Source: Alphaproteobacteria bacterium HGW-Alphaproteobacteria-11
GTDB lineage: Bacteria; Pseudomonadota; Alphaproteobacteria; Parvibaculales; Parvibaculaceae
NCBI GenBank assembly: GCA_002841195.1
Contig: PHEO01000001.1
Span: 1-58,294, forward strand
DNA length: 58,294 nucleotides
Direction: 5' to 3'
In this document: positions 25,699 through 35,251 of the stretch, in pieces
Layout of the letters: each line of letters begins with the position of its first letter
How positions within the stretch are numbered: position 1 is the stretch's first letter
Translations under genes and position numbers: made by a program
Notes under the pieces: generated by a model
Told to the model about the DNA's origin: nothing
Seen by the model: only the letters and a program-made list of their open reading frames with translations
The model's database searches: none

Positions 25699-26658
25699 CT
25701 ACACCGCTTCGAGGCGGCGCTTCAATTCGGCAAGCACACGCTCGACGGTGAGTGCAGAAAGATCCTCGACTTCGATGACGCCGAAGTTTTCGCGCGCGAT
25801 GCCGGTGCGCTCGGCCGGCGAATAGGATCCGAAAAGTGCGAGGCCGTGCGTCCCGATATGCGAGGCGAGATGGCTCGGCCCCGTATCATTGCCGACGACG
25901 AATTCCGCGTTCTTGAAAACGCCCGCAAGTTCATACCAGCTCAGCAACCCGTGTGTGTCGGTCAGCTTGATGCCGGGGATTGTCTTTGCAAGCTCCATTT
26001 CATCCGGGCCCGGCGCCAATACCACTTCGTGTCCGTCCGCGATCAACCCCGCGGCGAGCCTGTCGTAGTATGGCCAGCGTTTTTGCGGATGGCGCGTCGA
26101 ACACCCTGGAACCAGCACAATGTAGGGTTTGCGCACGCCGGCCCTGTCGAGCAGCGCTGAGACATCGTCGGCGAGCCATGAAATGTCGGGCTTCAACGTG
26201 TGTCGGATTTCAAGGCCCGCATCGGCGAGTTGTCCGGCAAGGCGGTCGAGGGTGCGAATTTTTTTCGGCTGCGCCGCGCGGTGCGGATGGCTGCATCCTT
26301 TCGCAGTGCCCGACCAGCGGATGCCGTTCAGCATCCAGCGGAAATAGAATGCGGTGCGCGACGAGTTCTGCAGATCGTAGATCATGTCGAAACGGCCGGC
26401 GCGAAGCATCTTGCGCAGGCGCCACATCGCGTCAAGCCGCCAGCGCGGCGCACGCGCGTCCACAATGACCTCGTCGATGAAGGGCGCGCGCGCGATCAGG
26501 CCGCGATAGGCCGGTGTGGTCAGCACCGCGATATGGGCGTGGGGGTGATTGGCGCGGATGTCGCGCAGCGCGCCTTCCGCCTGGACCACGTCGCCAAAGG
26601 CACCATGCTTGATAACAAGTACGCGTCTTGCGTCGGCGGGGAATGCGGCGGTTTGCAT
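25699..26658 (-). CDS. Glycosyltransferase family 9 (LPS heptosyltransferase-like)
   Basis: IKHGAFGD, YDLQNS, PQKRWP, VGNDTGPSHLA. Confidence 0.92.
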   Translation of the reverse strand: MQTAAFPADARRVLVIKHGAFGDVVQAEGALRDIRANHPHAHIAVLTTPAYRGLIARAPFIDEVIVDARAPRWRLDAMWRLRKMLRAGRFDMIYDLQNSSRTAFYFRWMLNGIRWSGTAKGCSHPHRAAQPKKIRTLDRLAGQLADAGLEIRHTLKPDISWLADDVSALLDRAGVRKPYIVLVPGCSTRHPQKRWPYYDRLAAGLIADGHEVVLAPGPDEMELAKTIPGIKLTDTHGLLSWYELAGVFKNAEFVVGNDTGPSHLASHIGTHGLALFGSYSPAERTGIARENFGVIEVEDLSALTVERVLAELKRRLEAV

Positions 26659-26697
26659 CGTTCACTCGGCCTTTACCTTTTAGACTTCCGGAAGCGG

Positions 26698-27420
26698 TCA
26701 GAGCCTGCCGGCGCGCCAGACGACGCGGCCGACGATCTTTACCCGCTCGAGCGCCGCTTGCTCAATATCTTCCGGCGGATAAAGCGCGGCGTTGTCGCTC
26801 GACACGGTCAGGCCGCCGTCGAGCCGCGCCTGCAAGCGCCGCACCGCCAGCGCGCCGCCGAGGTTGAATGCGTAGAGCCCGCCGCCGCGCATGCGGGGCG
26901 CGCTTGTGTCGACGAGCAGCAGGTCGCCGGGAACGAGCGTCGGCAGCATCGCGTCGCCCGTCATCTCGACGACGATGAGGTCGGCGGGCCTCGCGCCCAG
27001 TTCGCGTTCGATCCAGTCGCGGCGGAAGGCCAGCGTCTCGTTCAGCGACACGTCCTCCATCGTCGTTGCCGCGCCGCCGCCCTCGCGCGGCAGGGCGCGC
27101 AAGGCATAGCGCGGGATCAGCACATAATTGCCGCCGGCCAGTTGCTCGCGGCCGATCTCGCGCGGCGCCAGCTCGGCGAAGCCCGCGACCGATTTCGTTT
27201 CCAGGGCGCCGTCCTTGCGCATCTCGCCGGCGCCGGTCAGCACCCAGTTGATGTCGAAACCCTCATCCGACAACCGCCCCAGCACGTGGGCGTTCGGCGC
27301 CGCGTTGTCGAGTTCGTAGTTCTGCCAGGTCGTGCCGGACACGGCGACGCGCCGCCCCATGTCCTTTTGCGAAAGGCCAAGATATTTGCGTATCCGACTC
27401 AGGCGTTCGGCAACACTCAT
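26698..27420 (-). CDS. CI/LexA-like repressor (XRE HTH plus S24 peptidase-like domain)
   Basis: N-terminal HTH (LGLSQKDM...WQNYE, INWVLTGAGEM); C-terminal GDAMLPTL, VRRL, SSDN..YP, IVGRVVW. Confidence 0.88.
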   Translation of the reverse strand: MSVAERLSRIRKYLGLSQKDMGRRVAVSGTTWQNYELDNAAPNAHVLGRLSDEGFDINWVLTGAGEMRKDGALETKSVAGFAELAPREIGREQLAGGNYVLIPRYALRALPREGGGAATTMEDVSLNETLAFRRDWIERELGARPADLIVVEMTGDAMLPTLVPGDLLLVDTSAPRMRGGGLYAFNLGGALAVRRLQARLDGGLTVSSDNAALYPPEDIEQAALERVKIVGRVVWRAGRL

Positions 27421-27638
27421 TGCACGGAACACCAATGAAATTGGGCGCTCGTGCAGCCGCATCGGTCGTTGGCGGCCGGACCTGACCCGATATACCAAGA
27501 TTTCTTGTTGACACGCACAAATATATCTTTGTATTTTCGTTCTATGAACACCAACAAAGTTATATCAGCGATAAGAAAGTTGCGCCACCGGCCACTCTGG
27601 CCGTGGACGGACGATCCGCTCCGTACCGACATGAAAAA

Positions 27639-27715
27639 TGGTGACCCCGGCGCGATTCGAACGCACGACCCTCAGATTAGGAATCTGATGCTCTATCCAG
27701 CTGAGCTACGGGGCC
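27639..27715 (-). tRNA. tRNA-Arg (anticodon CCT)
   Basis: 77 nt: GGCCCCGTAGCTCAGCTGGATAGAGCA-TCAGA-TTCCTAA-TCTGA-GGGTCGTGCGTTCGAATCGCGCCGGGGTCACCA. Confidence 0.97.
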
Positions 27716-28083
27716 ACATCGAAAGCGATGCGCGCGAGAGCGCGGCGTGGCGTCGCGCAACCTACGTCAGCGGCGGCGGTGCCGCAATCTCCGCTGCGGC
27801 GGAGAACACGGCGCGGCAGCGGCGTCACCCGGCACGACGCCGTCTTGTTGCGGAATGCGGTTGCGGCGCGGATCGCGGCGGTGACGCGCATCAGAATGCC
27901 GATGAAAACAGCGGTTCACCCCCTTTACGTCTATACCGGTTTCCGCCTAAACATTTAGCTGTACGCTCAAAGGTTGATGTTAGTTGTGTGCTCCACCATG
28001 AAGCGCGCGGAGGTTGTGGGGCCTCCGTGCCGCCGGAGCGGGCTTCCGGCGTATCGGGTGGTTTGGGGAAGGTGGGCATCTTG

Positions 28084-28731
28084 ATGCGTGTTCTGATCGT
28101 CGGCGAGCAGCCGGTCTTCTGCGAGGGCTTGTCCGCGATCGTTTCGCGGCTTCATCCGGGTGCGGAACTGACGGTCCGTTCGGGCGCCGAAGCCGATCGG
28201 CCGGCAGAGCCGATCGCGGGCGACGCGGCATTGCTGCTGGTTGAGGTTTCCGGCGCGGATGGGCGCGAGGCGGTTCGCCGTATCGCCGCCGCGACCTCGG
28301 CGAAGATCGTCGTGTTCAGCGATCGCAGTTCGCCGGGCTTTATTCGCGAGATCATGGATATGGGCGTCGCGGGCTTCATCCCGAAAAATCTGGGGGTCAA
28401 TCTGGTCGAGAATGCGCTGCGGCTTGTCGACATGGGCGGCCGCTACGTGCCCGACGCATTGCTGGCGGCGCAACCGGAAGGCTTCGCCGAAGCACCGGAC
28501 AGCTTCATCGCCGCGGGTCAGGAGAAGCTGACGCCGCGCCAGCGCGAGGTGCTGCAGGAGCTCGGCAAGGGCCGTTCCAACCAGGAAATCGCGCGCGTGC
28601 TCGGCATATCGGTGGCGACCGTCAAGTTGCATGTCAACGCGATCCTTCAATCGCTCGGCGTCAGAAACCGCACGGAAGCCGCCATCATCGCCCTGCGCGC
28701 CGGTGTGCCTCCGGCGGAGCGTCCGGCCTGA
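28084..28731 (+). CDS. NarL/LuxR-family response regulator with atypical receiver domain
   Basis: REC fold (GFIPK) plus LuxR HTH LTPRQREVL...GRSNQEIA...TVKLHV. Confidence 0.9.
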   Translation: MRVLIVGEQPVFCEGLSAIVSRLHPGAELTVRSGAEADRPAEPIAGDAALLLVEVSGADGREAVRRIAAATSAKIVVFSDRSSPGFIREIMDMGVAGFIPKNLGVNLVENALRLVDMGGRYVPDALLAAQPEGFAEAPDSFIAAGQEKLTPRQREVLQELGKGRSNQEIARVLGISVATVKLHVNAILQSLGVRNRTEAAIIALRAGVPPAERPA

Positions 28732-28790
28732 CTGCCCGTTCGGCATTCGCGATCTGGCGTGCCGCGTGTCCCGCGCTGCTTCTAGCGACG

Positions 28791-29609
28791 ATGTTTGTCC
28801 TTGCGCCGTTCTCTGTTGCGTCAGTGGCAGCAGACATGCCTTGCGCGCTCGACGATGGCGGTGCCGTACAGGCGGTTGAGATCGTCGATGGCGACACGCT
28901 GGTGCTTGGCGACGGGCGGCAGGTGCGGTTCACCGGCATCCAGGCGCCGAAACTGCCGCTGGGACGCGCCAATTTCGAGGCATGGCCGCTTGCCGAAGAA
29001 GCCCGGTCGGCGCTCTCGGCGCTGGCGCGCGGCAGGGCGGTCACACTTCGCCATGGCGGCCGCGACGAAGACAGGCATGGCCGCGTCCTCGCGCACGTCT
29101 TCGCGGCGGGCGCGGACAGCAAGCCGGTTTGGCTTCAACATGAGATGCTGCGTCTCGGGCTGGCGCGCGTCTACACGTTCCGCGACAATCGCGCCTGCGC
29201 CGCCCAACTGCTGGCGGCGGAGCGCGAGGCGCGCGAGGCGCGGCGCGGCATCTGGGCCGACGCCTTTTATGCCATTCGCGATGCGGCCGACGTGGTGGCG
29301 CTCGAGCGGCTCCACGGCCGCTTCGAGCTCGTCGAGGGCGACATCGTTTCGGCAGCGGTCGTGCGCGGGCGTATCTATCTCAATTTCGGCGATGACTGGC
29401 GCAGCGACTTCACGGTGACAGTTGCGCCGCGTGACGCTAGGCTTTTTCTCGATGACCCCATTTGGGGGGCTTACTTCGACGAGGCGGCCGATCAATCGGC
29501 GCTGGCCGGCCGCCGTGTGCGGGTGCGCGGATGGCTCGGCCGCTACAACGGGCCGGAGATCACGCTCACGCATCCCGAGCAGATCGAATTGCTGGACGAC
29601 ATATCATGA
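28791..29609 (+). CDS. Thermonuclease (SNase) family protein with C-terminal OB-like domain
   Basis: IVDGDT, VRFTGIQAP, DRHGRVLA, GLARV, RRGIW; start uncertain. Confidence 0.88.
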   Translation: MFVLAPFSVASVAADMPCALDDGGAVQAVEIVDGDTLVLGDGRQVRFTGIQAPKLPLGRANFEAWPLAEEARSALSALARGRAVTLRHGGRDEDRHGRVLAHVFAAGADSKPVWLQHEMLRLGLARVYTFRDNRACAAQLLAAEREAREARRGIWADAFYAIRDAADVVALERLHGRFELVEGDIVSAAVVRGRIYLNFGDDWRSDFTVTVAPRDARLFLDDPIWGAYFDEAADQSALAGRRVRVRGWLGRYNGPEITLTHPEQIELLDDIS

Positions 29610-31090
29610 CAGGCGAAGCGGTAGGGCGTGGAGGATGGGCGGTGCGCGCAGCATTCCTTGTGCCGCTGCTGGCGGTGCTGCTTCTCTCGGCGGCCTGCAC
29701 GACCAACCCCGCCACCGGCAAGCGGCAGGTGGCGCCGCTGGTGTCGGTCGAGCAGGAAGCCCGGATCGGCGCCGAGGCGCATCCCAAAATTCTCGAAGCA
29801 TATGGCGGCGCCTATCCCGATGCGAAGCTCGGCGGCTATGTGGCGGGCATCGCGACGCGGGTGGCGCGCGCCACCAACGCGCCCGAGATGCAATATCGCG
29901 TCACGGTTCTCGACAGTCCGGTCGTCAACGCTTTCGCGCTGCCCGGCGGTTATGTCTATGTGACCCGGGGACTTATGGCGCTCGCCAATGACGAGGCGGA
30001 ACTTGCCGGTGTCATCGGGCATGAAATGGGCCATGTCGTTGCGCGTCATTCCGCGCAACGGCAGACGGCGGCAATGGGTACGACGCTGCTCGGCGCGGTG
30101 CTGGGCGCGGTCATCGGCAATCAGGCGGCGAGCCAGGCGATCGGGCTCGGCGGGCAGGGGATACTTGCCGGCTATTCGCGCGATCAGGAATTCGAGTCCG
30201 ACATGCTCGGTGTTCGCTATCTCGCGGCGGCGGGATACGATCCGTTCGGCGTGGCCGACTTTCTGAGAACCATGGGTGCGCAGGCCGCGTTTGAAGCAAG
30301 ACTTCGCAACGTTCCTCACGATGCGACGCGCAATGACTGGCTGGCAAGTCATCCGGCGACGGCGGCCCGCGTCGACGCCGCGATCTCCCATGCGCGCGAC
30401 GCCGGCTCGACGCCGGGGCAGGGCACGCACAACCGCGACGTCTATCTGAGGGCGATGGACGGAATGCTTTATGGCGACCGGCCCGAGGACGGGATCGCGC
30501 GTGGAAGGGATTTCGTGCATCCAAAGCTCGGCTTTGCCTTCAAGGCGCCGGCCGGGTTTTCGATCGCCAATTCACCGGCGGCGGTGCTGCTCCAGGGGCC
30601 CGACAAGACGATGGTGAAATTCGACAGCGGGAAAAAGGATGCCGTTGTCGAGATCGGTGGCTATCTGGTCAATCAATGGGCCAAAGGAACACAGATATCC
30701 GGACTGCAGCGGTTCAAGGTCAACGACATGAACGCCGCCACCGCGACCACGCGGATCGGCGAATACAACGCGCGGCTGGTGACAATCGAATATGCGCCGG
30801 ACCGGGTCTATCGCTTTCTGATGGGGACGCTGCCGCAAGCAGGCACACGGCACGATGCGGCGCTGCAGGAACTTGTGATGAGTTTCCGCAAGATATCGCC
30901 GGCGGAGGCGGCGGCCGTGAAGCCGCTGCGGCTGCGGATCGTCGCGGTCAAACCAGGCGACACGGTCGCGTCGCTTGGCAGGCGCATGGTTTATCCCGAT
31001 TATCGTGAAGAGCGCTTTCGCGTTCTGAACGGGCTTGCTGCGGGCGATGTGCTGCAGCCCGGCAGGCTCGTCAAGATCATTGCCGAGTAA
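29606..31090 (+). CDS. M48 family zinc metalloprotease lipoprotein with C-terminal LysM-like region
   Basis: Lipobox-like LSAAC-TTNPATG, NAFALPGG, HEMGH, YSRDQE, SHP, VKPGDT. Confidence 0.92.
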   Translation: MTGEAVGRGGWAVRAAFLVPLLAVLLLSAACTTNPATGKRQVAPLVSVEQEARIGAEAHPKILEAYGGAYPDAKLGGYVAGIATRVARATNAPEMQYRVTVLDSPVVNAFALPGGYVYVTRGLMALANDEAELAGVIGHEMGHVVARHSAQRQTAAMGTTLLGAVLGAVIGNQAASQAIGLGGQGILAGYSRDQEFESDMLGVRYLAAAGYDPFGVADFLRTMGAQAAFEARLRNVPHDATRNDWLASHPATAARVDAAISHARDAGSTPGQGTHNRDVYLRAMDGMLYGDRPEDGIARGRDFVHPKLGFAFKAPAGFSIANSPAAVLLQGPDKTMVKFDSGKKDAVVEIGGYLVNQWAKGTQISGLQRFKVNDMNAATATTRIGEYNARLVTIEYAPDRVYRFLMGTLPQAGTRHDAALQELVMSFRKISPAEAAAVKPLRLRIVAVKPGDTVASLGRRMVYPDYREERFRVLNGLAAGDVLQPGRLVKIIAE

Positions 31091-31099
31091 GGCCGCCGG

Positions 31100-31996
31100 T
31101 CAACCGAGAAGGCCGGCACCCTGCGGGTCCGGCACCTTGTCGAGCAGTGCGGCCTTCATCTTCTTTAGCGCCAGATGCTCGATCTGACGGACCCGTTCCT
31201 TGGAGATGCCGAGCCGCGCGCCGAGGGTTTCGAGCGTCAGCGCTTCGTCGCGCAGACGCCGCTCGCGGATGATCAGCAGTTCACGTTCGTTGAGTTCTTC
31301 AAGCGCGCCCGCAATCCAGCGCGACCGGTATTCGCCGTCGTGTTTTTCCATTGCCTCTTCGTCGGGCTGCGAACGTTCGCAAGGCAACATGTCCTGCCAC
31401 TCGGCGCCATTGTCATCCGATGTGCCGTCGGAGAGTGTCGCGTTGAGCGAGCGGTCTCCCGCCGTCAGCCGCGCATCCATGATCTCGACATCGCCGACGC
31501 CGACGCCAAGCCGCTTTGCGATGAAGATCCGGTCCTCCTGCCGCAAAGTTTGCCGGGTACCGCTGTCGATCAGCGAGCGCAGGCGGCGGAGGTTGAAGAA
31601 GAGGGATTTGTGAGCGGCGGTCGTTCCGGTGCGCACGATCGACCAGTTGCGCAGGATGTAGTCCTGGATCGCCGCGCGAATCCACCAGCTTGCATAGGTC
31701 GAGAAGCGCACGCCGCGCTCGGGCTCGAATCGCGCGGCCGCCTGCATCAGGCCCACATTGCCTTCCTGCACAAGGTCGCCATAGGGCAGACCATAATTGC
31801 GGAAGCGTGTTGCGAGAGAAATGACGAGGCGCATATAGGCGCGCGTCAGGCGATGCAGGGCCTGTTCGTCGCCGTCTTCCCGCCAGCGCCGCGCGAGTTC
31901 GAACTCAGTTTCCTTGTCGAGCAGCGGCACCGTCATTGCACTCCGCATGAACCGGCGGTTGGCGCGCTGCGTTTCGGGCGTGTCGGTGTGAGGCAT
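31100..31996 (-). CDS. rpoH2: Sigma-32 family RNA polymerase sigma factor (RpoH2-like)
   Basis: DLVQEGNVGLM, RFSTYASWWIRA, RpoH-box-like HKSLFFNLR, GISKERVRQIE. Confidence 0.85.
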   Translation of the reverse strand: MPHTDTPETQRANRRFMRSAMTVPLLDKETEFELARRWREDGDEQALHRLTRAYMRLVISLATRFRNYGLPYGDLVQEGNVGLMQAAARFEPERGVRFSTYASWWIRAAIQDYILRNWSIVRTGTTAAHKSLFFNLRRLRSLIDSGTRQTLRQEDRIFIAKRLGVGVGDVEIMDARLTAGDRSLNATLSDGTSDDNGAEWQDMLPCERSQPDEEAMEKHDGEYRSRWIAGALEELNERELLIIRERRLRDEALTLETLGARLGISKERVRQIEHLALKKMKAALLDKVPDPQGAGLLG

Positions 31997-32166
31997 CTCA
32001 GGTACTCCTCCGTTGCGCGGCGCACTTTCGCGCGTCCGTCGTTTCGGTCGGCAACCTTGCGTACGGCTCGTGTATCGCTCCGGATCAATGTCCGGCACCG
32101 AAGACCTGTTTCTTTTAGCCAGATTTCATGGCCAGAAAGGGGCGGCGGCGGGAATCGGCTGAAAAT

Positions 32167-32194
32167 AAAAAGCCCGGCTTGCGGCCGGGCTTTT
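32167..32194 (-). terminator. Intrinsic terminator downstream of carD
   Basis: AAAAAGCCCGGC-TTGCG-GCCGGGCTTTT. Confidence 0.8.
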
Positions 32195-32227
32195 CCGATA
32201 TTTGTTTTTGTGACCCTTACATGACGG

Positions 32228-33307
32228 TCAGGCGGCGGCTTCGCTCGCCTCGCCGTCGTCCTTGGGTGTCTTGTCGCCGCCGCGCGGCGTGCCCTGCAGG
32301 GCCTGTTCGACGCGTTCGATCGCCGCGTCCTCGCCGATGCGTTCGACTGCCGCCACTTCGCGGGCCATCCGGTCGAGCGCGGCTTCGTAAAGCTGACGCT
32401 CGGAATAGGATTGCTCGGGCTGGCGTTCGGAGCGATAGAGGTCGCGAACGACTTCGGCGATCGAGATCAGGTCGCCGGAGTTGATTTTGGCCTCGTATTC
32501 CTGCGCGCGACGACTCCACATCGTGCGCTTGATGCGTGCGCGGCCGCGCAGCGTTTCGATCGCGGAATCGACGACGCCAGTGTCGGACAATTTGCGCATG
32601 CCGACGGCGCCTGCCTTGTTGGTCGGGACGCGCAGTGTCATTTTTTCCTTGTCGAAATTGATGACAAAGAGTTCAAGCCGGTGACCGGCGACTTCCTTCT
32701 CCTCGATTTCGAGGATCTGTCCGACGCCATGCGCCGGATAGACGACATATTCCTTGGCCTTGAAATTGGCGCGCGGCGCCGCCGGCTTCGCCGGTTCCTT
32801 CGGCGATTCGGCCTTTGCGGGCTTGGCGGCTTCCGCCTTGGCGCGCTTTGCCGCAGCTTCGCGTTCGGTCGCTTCGGCCTTGCGCGCTTTTTCGGCACGG
32901 CCCTTGGCGGCTTCCATCAGCTTGCTGGCGGCGTTTGCCATCTTGGGCGGCGCCTTTTTCGGCGGCGGCGCCTTTGCCGGCTCGGGCTTGGGCTTGGCCG
33001 CCTTCGCCGGCGCCTTGGGCGCGGCCTTCTTCACCGGCGCCTTGGCGGGCGCGGGCTTTGCTTTTGCCTTGGCGGGTTTGGCCGCTGGCGCGCTTTTCGG
33101 TTTTGCCTTGGCAGCGGGATTTGCGGTCTTTGCCGCGGACTTCTTCGCAACGGCCGGCTTTGCCTTGGCGGGTTTTGCTTTCGCCGCCGGTTTGGCCTTG
33201 GCCTTCGCCTTGGTCGCCGCGGTTTTGGCGCTCGCGGCCTTCGCCGTGACCTTGGCTGCCGGTTTCGACTTCGTGGACTTGGGGGATTTCGTCACTTTGC
33301 TCGCCAT
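32228..33307 (-). CDS. carD: CarD/CdnL family RNAP-binding regulator with long Lys/Ala/Pro-rich N-terminal extension
   Basis: VVYPAHGVG, MWSRRAQEYEAKINSG, EVVRDL, QSYSERQLYE; about 180 aa of PAKAK-type repeats precede the domain. Confidence 0.93.
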   Translation of the reverse strand: MASKVTKSPKSTKSKPAAKVTAKAASAKTAATKAKAKAKPAAKAKPAKAKPAVAKKSAAKTANPAAKAKPKSAPAAKPAKAKAKPAPAKAPVKKAAPKAPAKAAKPKPEPAKAPPPKKAPPKMANAASKLMEAAKGRAEKARKAEATEREAAAKRAKAEAAKPAKAESPKEPAKPAAPRANFKAKEYVVYPAHGVGQILEIEEKEVAGHRLELFVINFDKEKMTLRVPTNKAGAVGMRKLSDTGVVDSAIETLRGRARIKRTMWSRRAQEYEAKINSGDLISIAEVVRDLYRSERQPEQSYSERQLYEAALDRMAREVAAVERIGEDAAIERVEQALQGTPRGGDKTPKDDGEASEAAA

Positions 33308-33715
33308 GGCCTTTCCTATACCCAGCCTTTCATAACCGGGACCGGACGGGCGACCCGATGTCGTCCCTGCCGGCCTTGAATATCGATGCGCAACGGACAA
33401 CCGCACTCATTCAGGACCCTGCCGTACCTCCATTGAGAGGCCGCAGACAATTCAGGCCGAAAGTCGCTTTCGGCCCGAAACTCGACCGCCGGGTGCGGAG
33501 GCCGACCCCCTGTGAATGACACCTGTTTCTCGCCGACGGGCGCTCCGCAGCCGAAACGCAGGCCAGCGGAAACTTGCCTGACTCCTTCCAGCCGGAAGGG
33601 CTGGAAGGCGGCGCGAGGTGACGATGTACAATCAACAACCTTTGCGTCTTCAACGTAGGGTTGCGCCGCCAGGCTATTTCTCGCGTCCGTATTCGCGACT
33701 TTTCATTGTGAGGCA

Positions 33716-33744
33716 TATATAGCACAAAAACCCCCCTCTTGGAA
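33716..33744 (-). promoter_or_regulatory. Possible sigma70-type promoter for carD
   Basis: Minus strand (C)TTCCAA-N17-TATATA with GCTATAT context; T-rich spacer. Confidence 0.4.
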
Positions 33745-33922
33745 GGTGGGCGCGGCAAAAGGACAGTTAACACATGGAGATAGCGCCCCAATCCGGCTGA
33801 TTGGTGCATGTTTCCGCCCTAAACCGCGGCCGCCGCAAGGATTATGGCTGGTGTTGTGAACGGCCGACCGACGGCATTTGTCTCAAAAGGGAACAGAGAT
33901 TGCGATACGCTGCCGGTGGGGA

Positions 33923-34261
33923 TCAGTCGCCTTCACCTGGCTCGGGGCTGAAATGCTCCTCGAACTTGCCCGCGACGCCCTGCCACTCCTCGGCGTCGGC
34001 CGGCGGCTCCCGCTTGATCGTGATATTCGGCCATTTCGAAGCGTATTCGGTATTGAGCTCGAGCCATTTCTCGAGGCCCGGCTCGGTATCCGGCTTGATC
34101 GCTTCGGCCGGGCATTCGGGTTCGCAAACGCCGCAATCGATGCATTCGTCCGGATGGATGACCAGCATGTTTTCGCCCTCGTAGAAACAGTCCACCGGGC
34201 AGACCTCAACGCAATCCATGTATTTGCAGCGGATGCAGGCGTCGGTCACAATATAGGTCAT
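33923..34261 (-). CDS. fdxA: 7Fe ferredoxin FdxA
   Basis: [21 protein letters not shown]...[13 protein letters not shown]. Confidence 0.96.
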   Translation of the reverse strand: MTYIVTDACIRCKYMDCVEVCPVDCFYEGENMLVIHPDECIDCGVCEPECPAEAIKPDTEPGLEKWLELNTEYASKWPNITIKREPPADAEEWQGVAGKFEEHFSPEPGEGD

Positions 34262-34311
34262 CACTGTCTCCAGTCGCGCGGGATTTGCGCGGTACTTTCG
34301 GGTGTCCGGTC

Positions 34312-34791
34312 TCAGCTTTCCGGGAGTCGTTCGGATCGGGCGGCTAATCCGAGCCTTGCGAGCACACGTTGCCGCGCCGCGCCGGATTCGCGATCGGGAA
34401 CGTATATCAGGCCTGCGACGCGCCGCAACAGATTGGCTTCGTAGTCGTCCAGGACGCCGTCGGCATAGACGATTTCCCACATCTTTTCGATCAGGCGCAC
34501 ACGCTCGGCTTCGTCGTAACCCTGTTTGATCGCTTGCGCCCAGCGGTGAAGGTCAAGGGTGCTCGCCTCCTCGCTCTCGGCCGCCGCCACCAACGCATCC
34601 ACCTCCGTCGGCGAAAGCCCGAAGCTGTCGGCGGCGAGGCCACGGATGACGCGCCGTTCTTCGTCGCTGAAATCGGCATCCGTCGTTGCCGCGCGCACAA
34701 GCAGCGCGACAACGGCGATCTGGAGGTCATCGAATCCGGGCGCAGGTTCTTTTGACGGACCCAGGAGGAACGCTTTGACGGCGGAAAGCAT
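34312..34791 (-). CDS. TerB family protein
   Basis: [10 protein letters not shown]...[15 protein letters not shown] motifs. Confidence 0.85.
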   Translation of the reverse strand: MLSAVKAFLLGPSKEPAPGFDDLQIAVVALLVRAATTDADFSDEERRVIRGLAADSFGLSPTEVDALVAAAESEEASTLDLHRWAQAIKQGYDEAERVRLIEKMWEIVYADGVLDDYEANLLRRVAGLIYVPDRESGAARQRVLARLGLAARSERLPES

Positions 34792-34847
34792 GATATTTCA
34801 CTTACATGACGCGGAAGATATATTCAACTACATGGTGTTTTGTAGAT

Positions 34848-35243
34848 TTAACCGTTTTCTTTCAGGGCATCTGTTTGACGCCGTTCGCGCTTGGTCGGGC
34901 GTCCGGTGCCGGTTGTGCGGCCGGTCGCGGCTTTGCCGGCCGCCTCCGGTTTGCCCGATGGCGCCGGCGGTTCGAGGTCCCGGTAGAGGGTCTGTGCTTC
35001 AGATGCCGGGCCGCGCCGCAATCCGAGTGACACAACCTCAATGACCCTGATATGGGGTCCGAGAGGGAAAGTGAGAACATCTCCGGGGTGCAGGTTGCGG
35101 CTTGCCTTCGAAATGCGGGCGCCGTTGACGCGCATCCGTCCGCTCTGCACGAGCGCAACGGCGAGAGAACGGCTTTTTGAAAACCGGGCGCACCAGAGCC
35201 AACGGTCGACACGTTGACCCGGCCGGCCTGCCGCGTCTTCCAT
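34848..35243 (-). CDS. hslR: S4 RNA-binding protein (Hsp15-like)
   Basis: RVDRWLWCARFSKSRSLA, RRGPASEAQTLY, GRPTKRERR. Confidence 0.85.
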   Translation of the reverse strand: MEDAAGRPGQRVDRWLWCARFSKSRSLAVALVQSGRMRVNGARISKASRNLHPGDVLTFPLGPHIRVIEVVSLGLRRGPASEAQTLYRDLEPPAPSGKPEAAGKAATGRTTGTGRPTKRERRQTDALKENG

Positions 35244-35251
35244 CGACGGCG

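Noticed and set aside
26698-27715. Intact prophage or integrative element at tRNA-Arg
   Set aside because: No integrase or structural genes, and no duplicated tRNA 3' end (att) was found by eye.
27451-28083. Long N-terminal extension of the response regulator, or a cro-like gene from ATG 27544
   Set aside because: The frame runs antisense through the tRNA and shows no convincing HTH; the true start is at about 28084.
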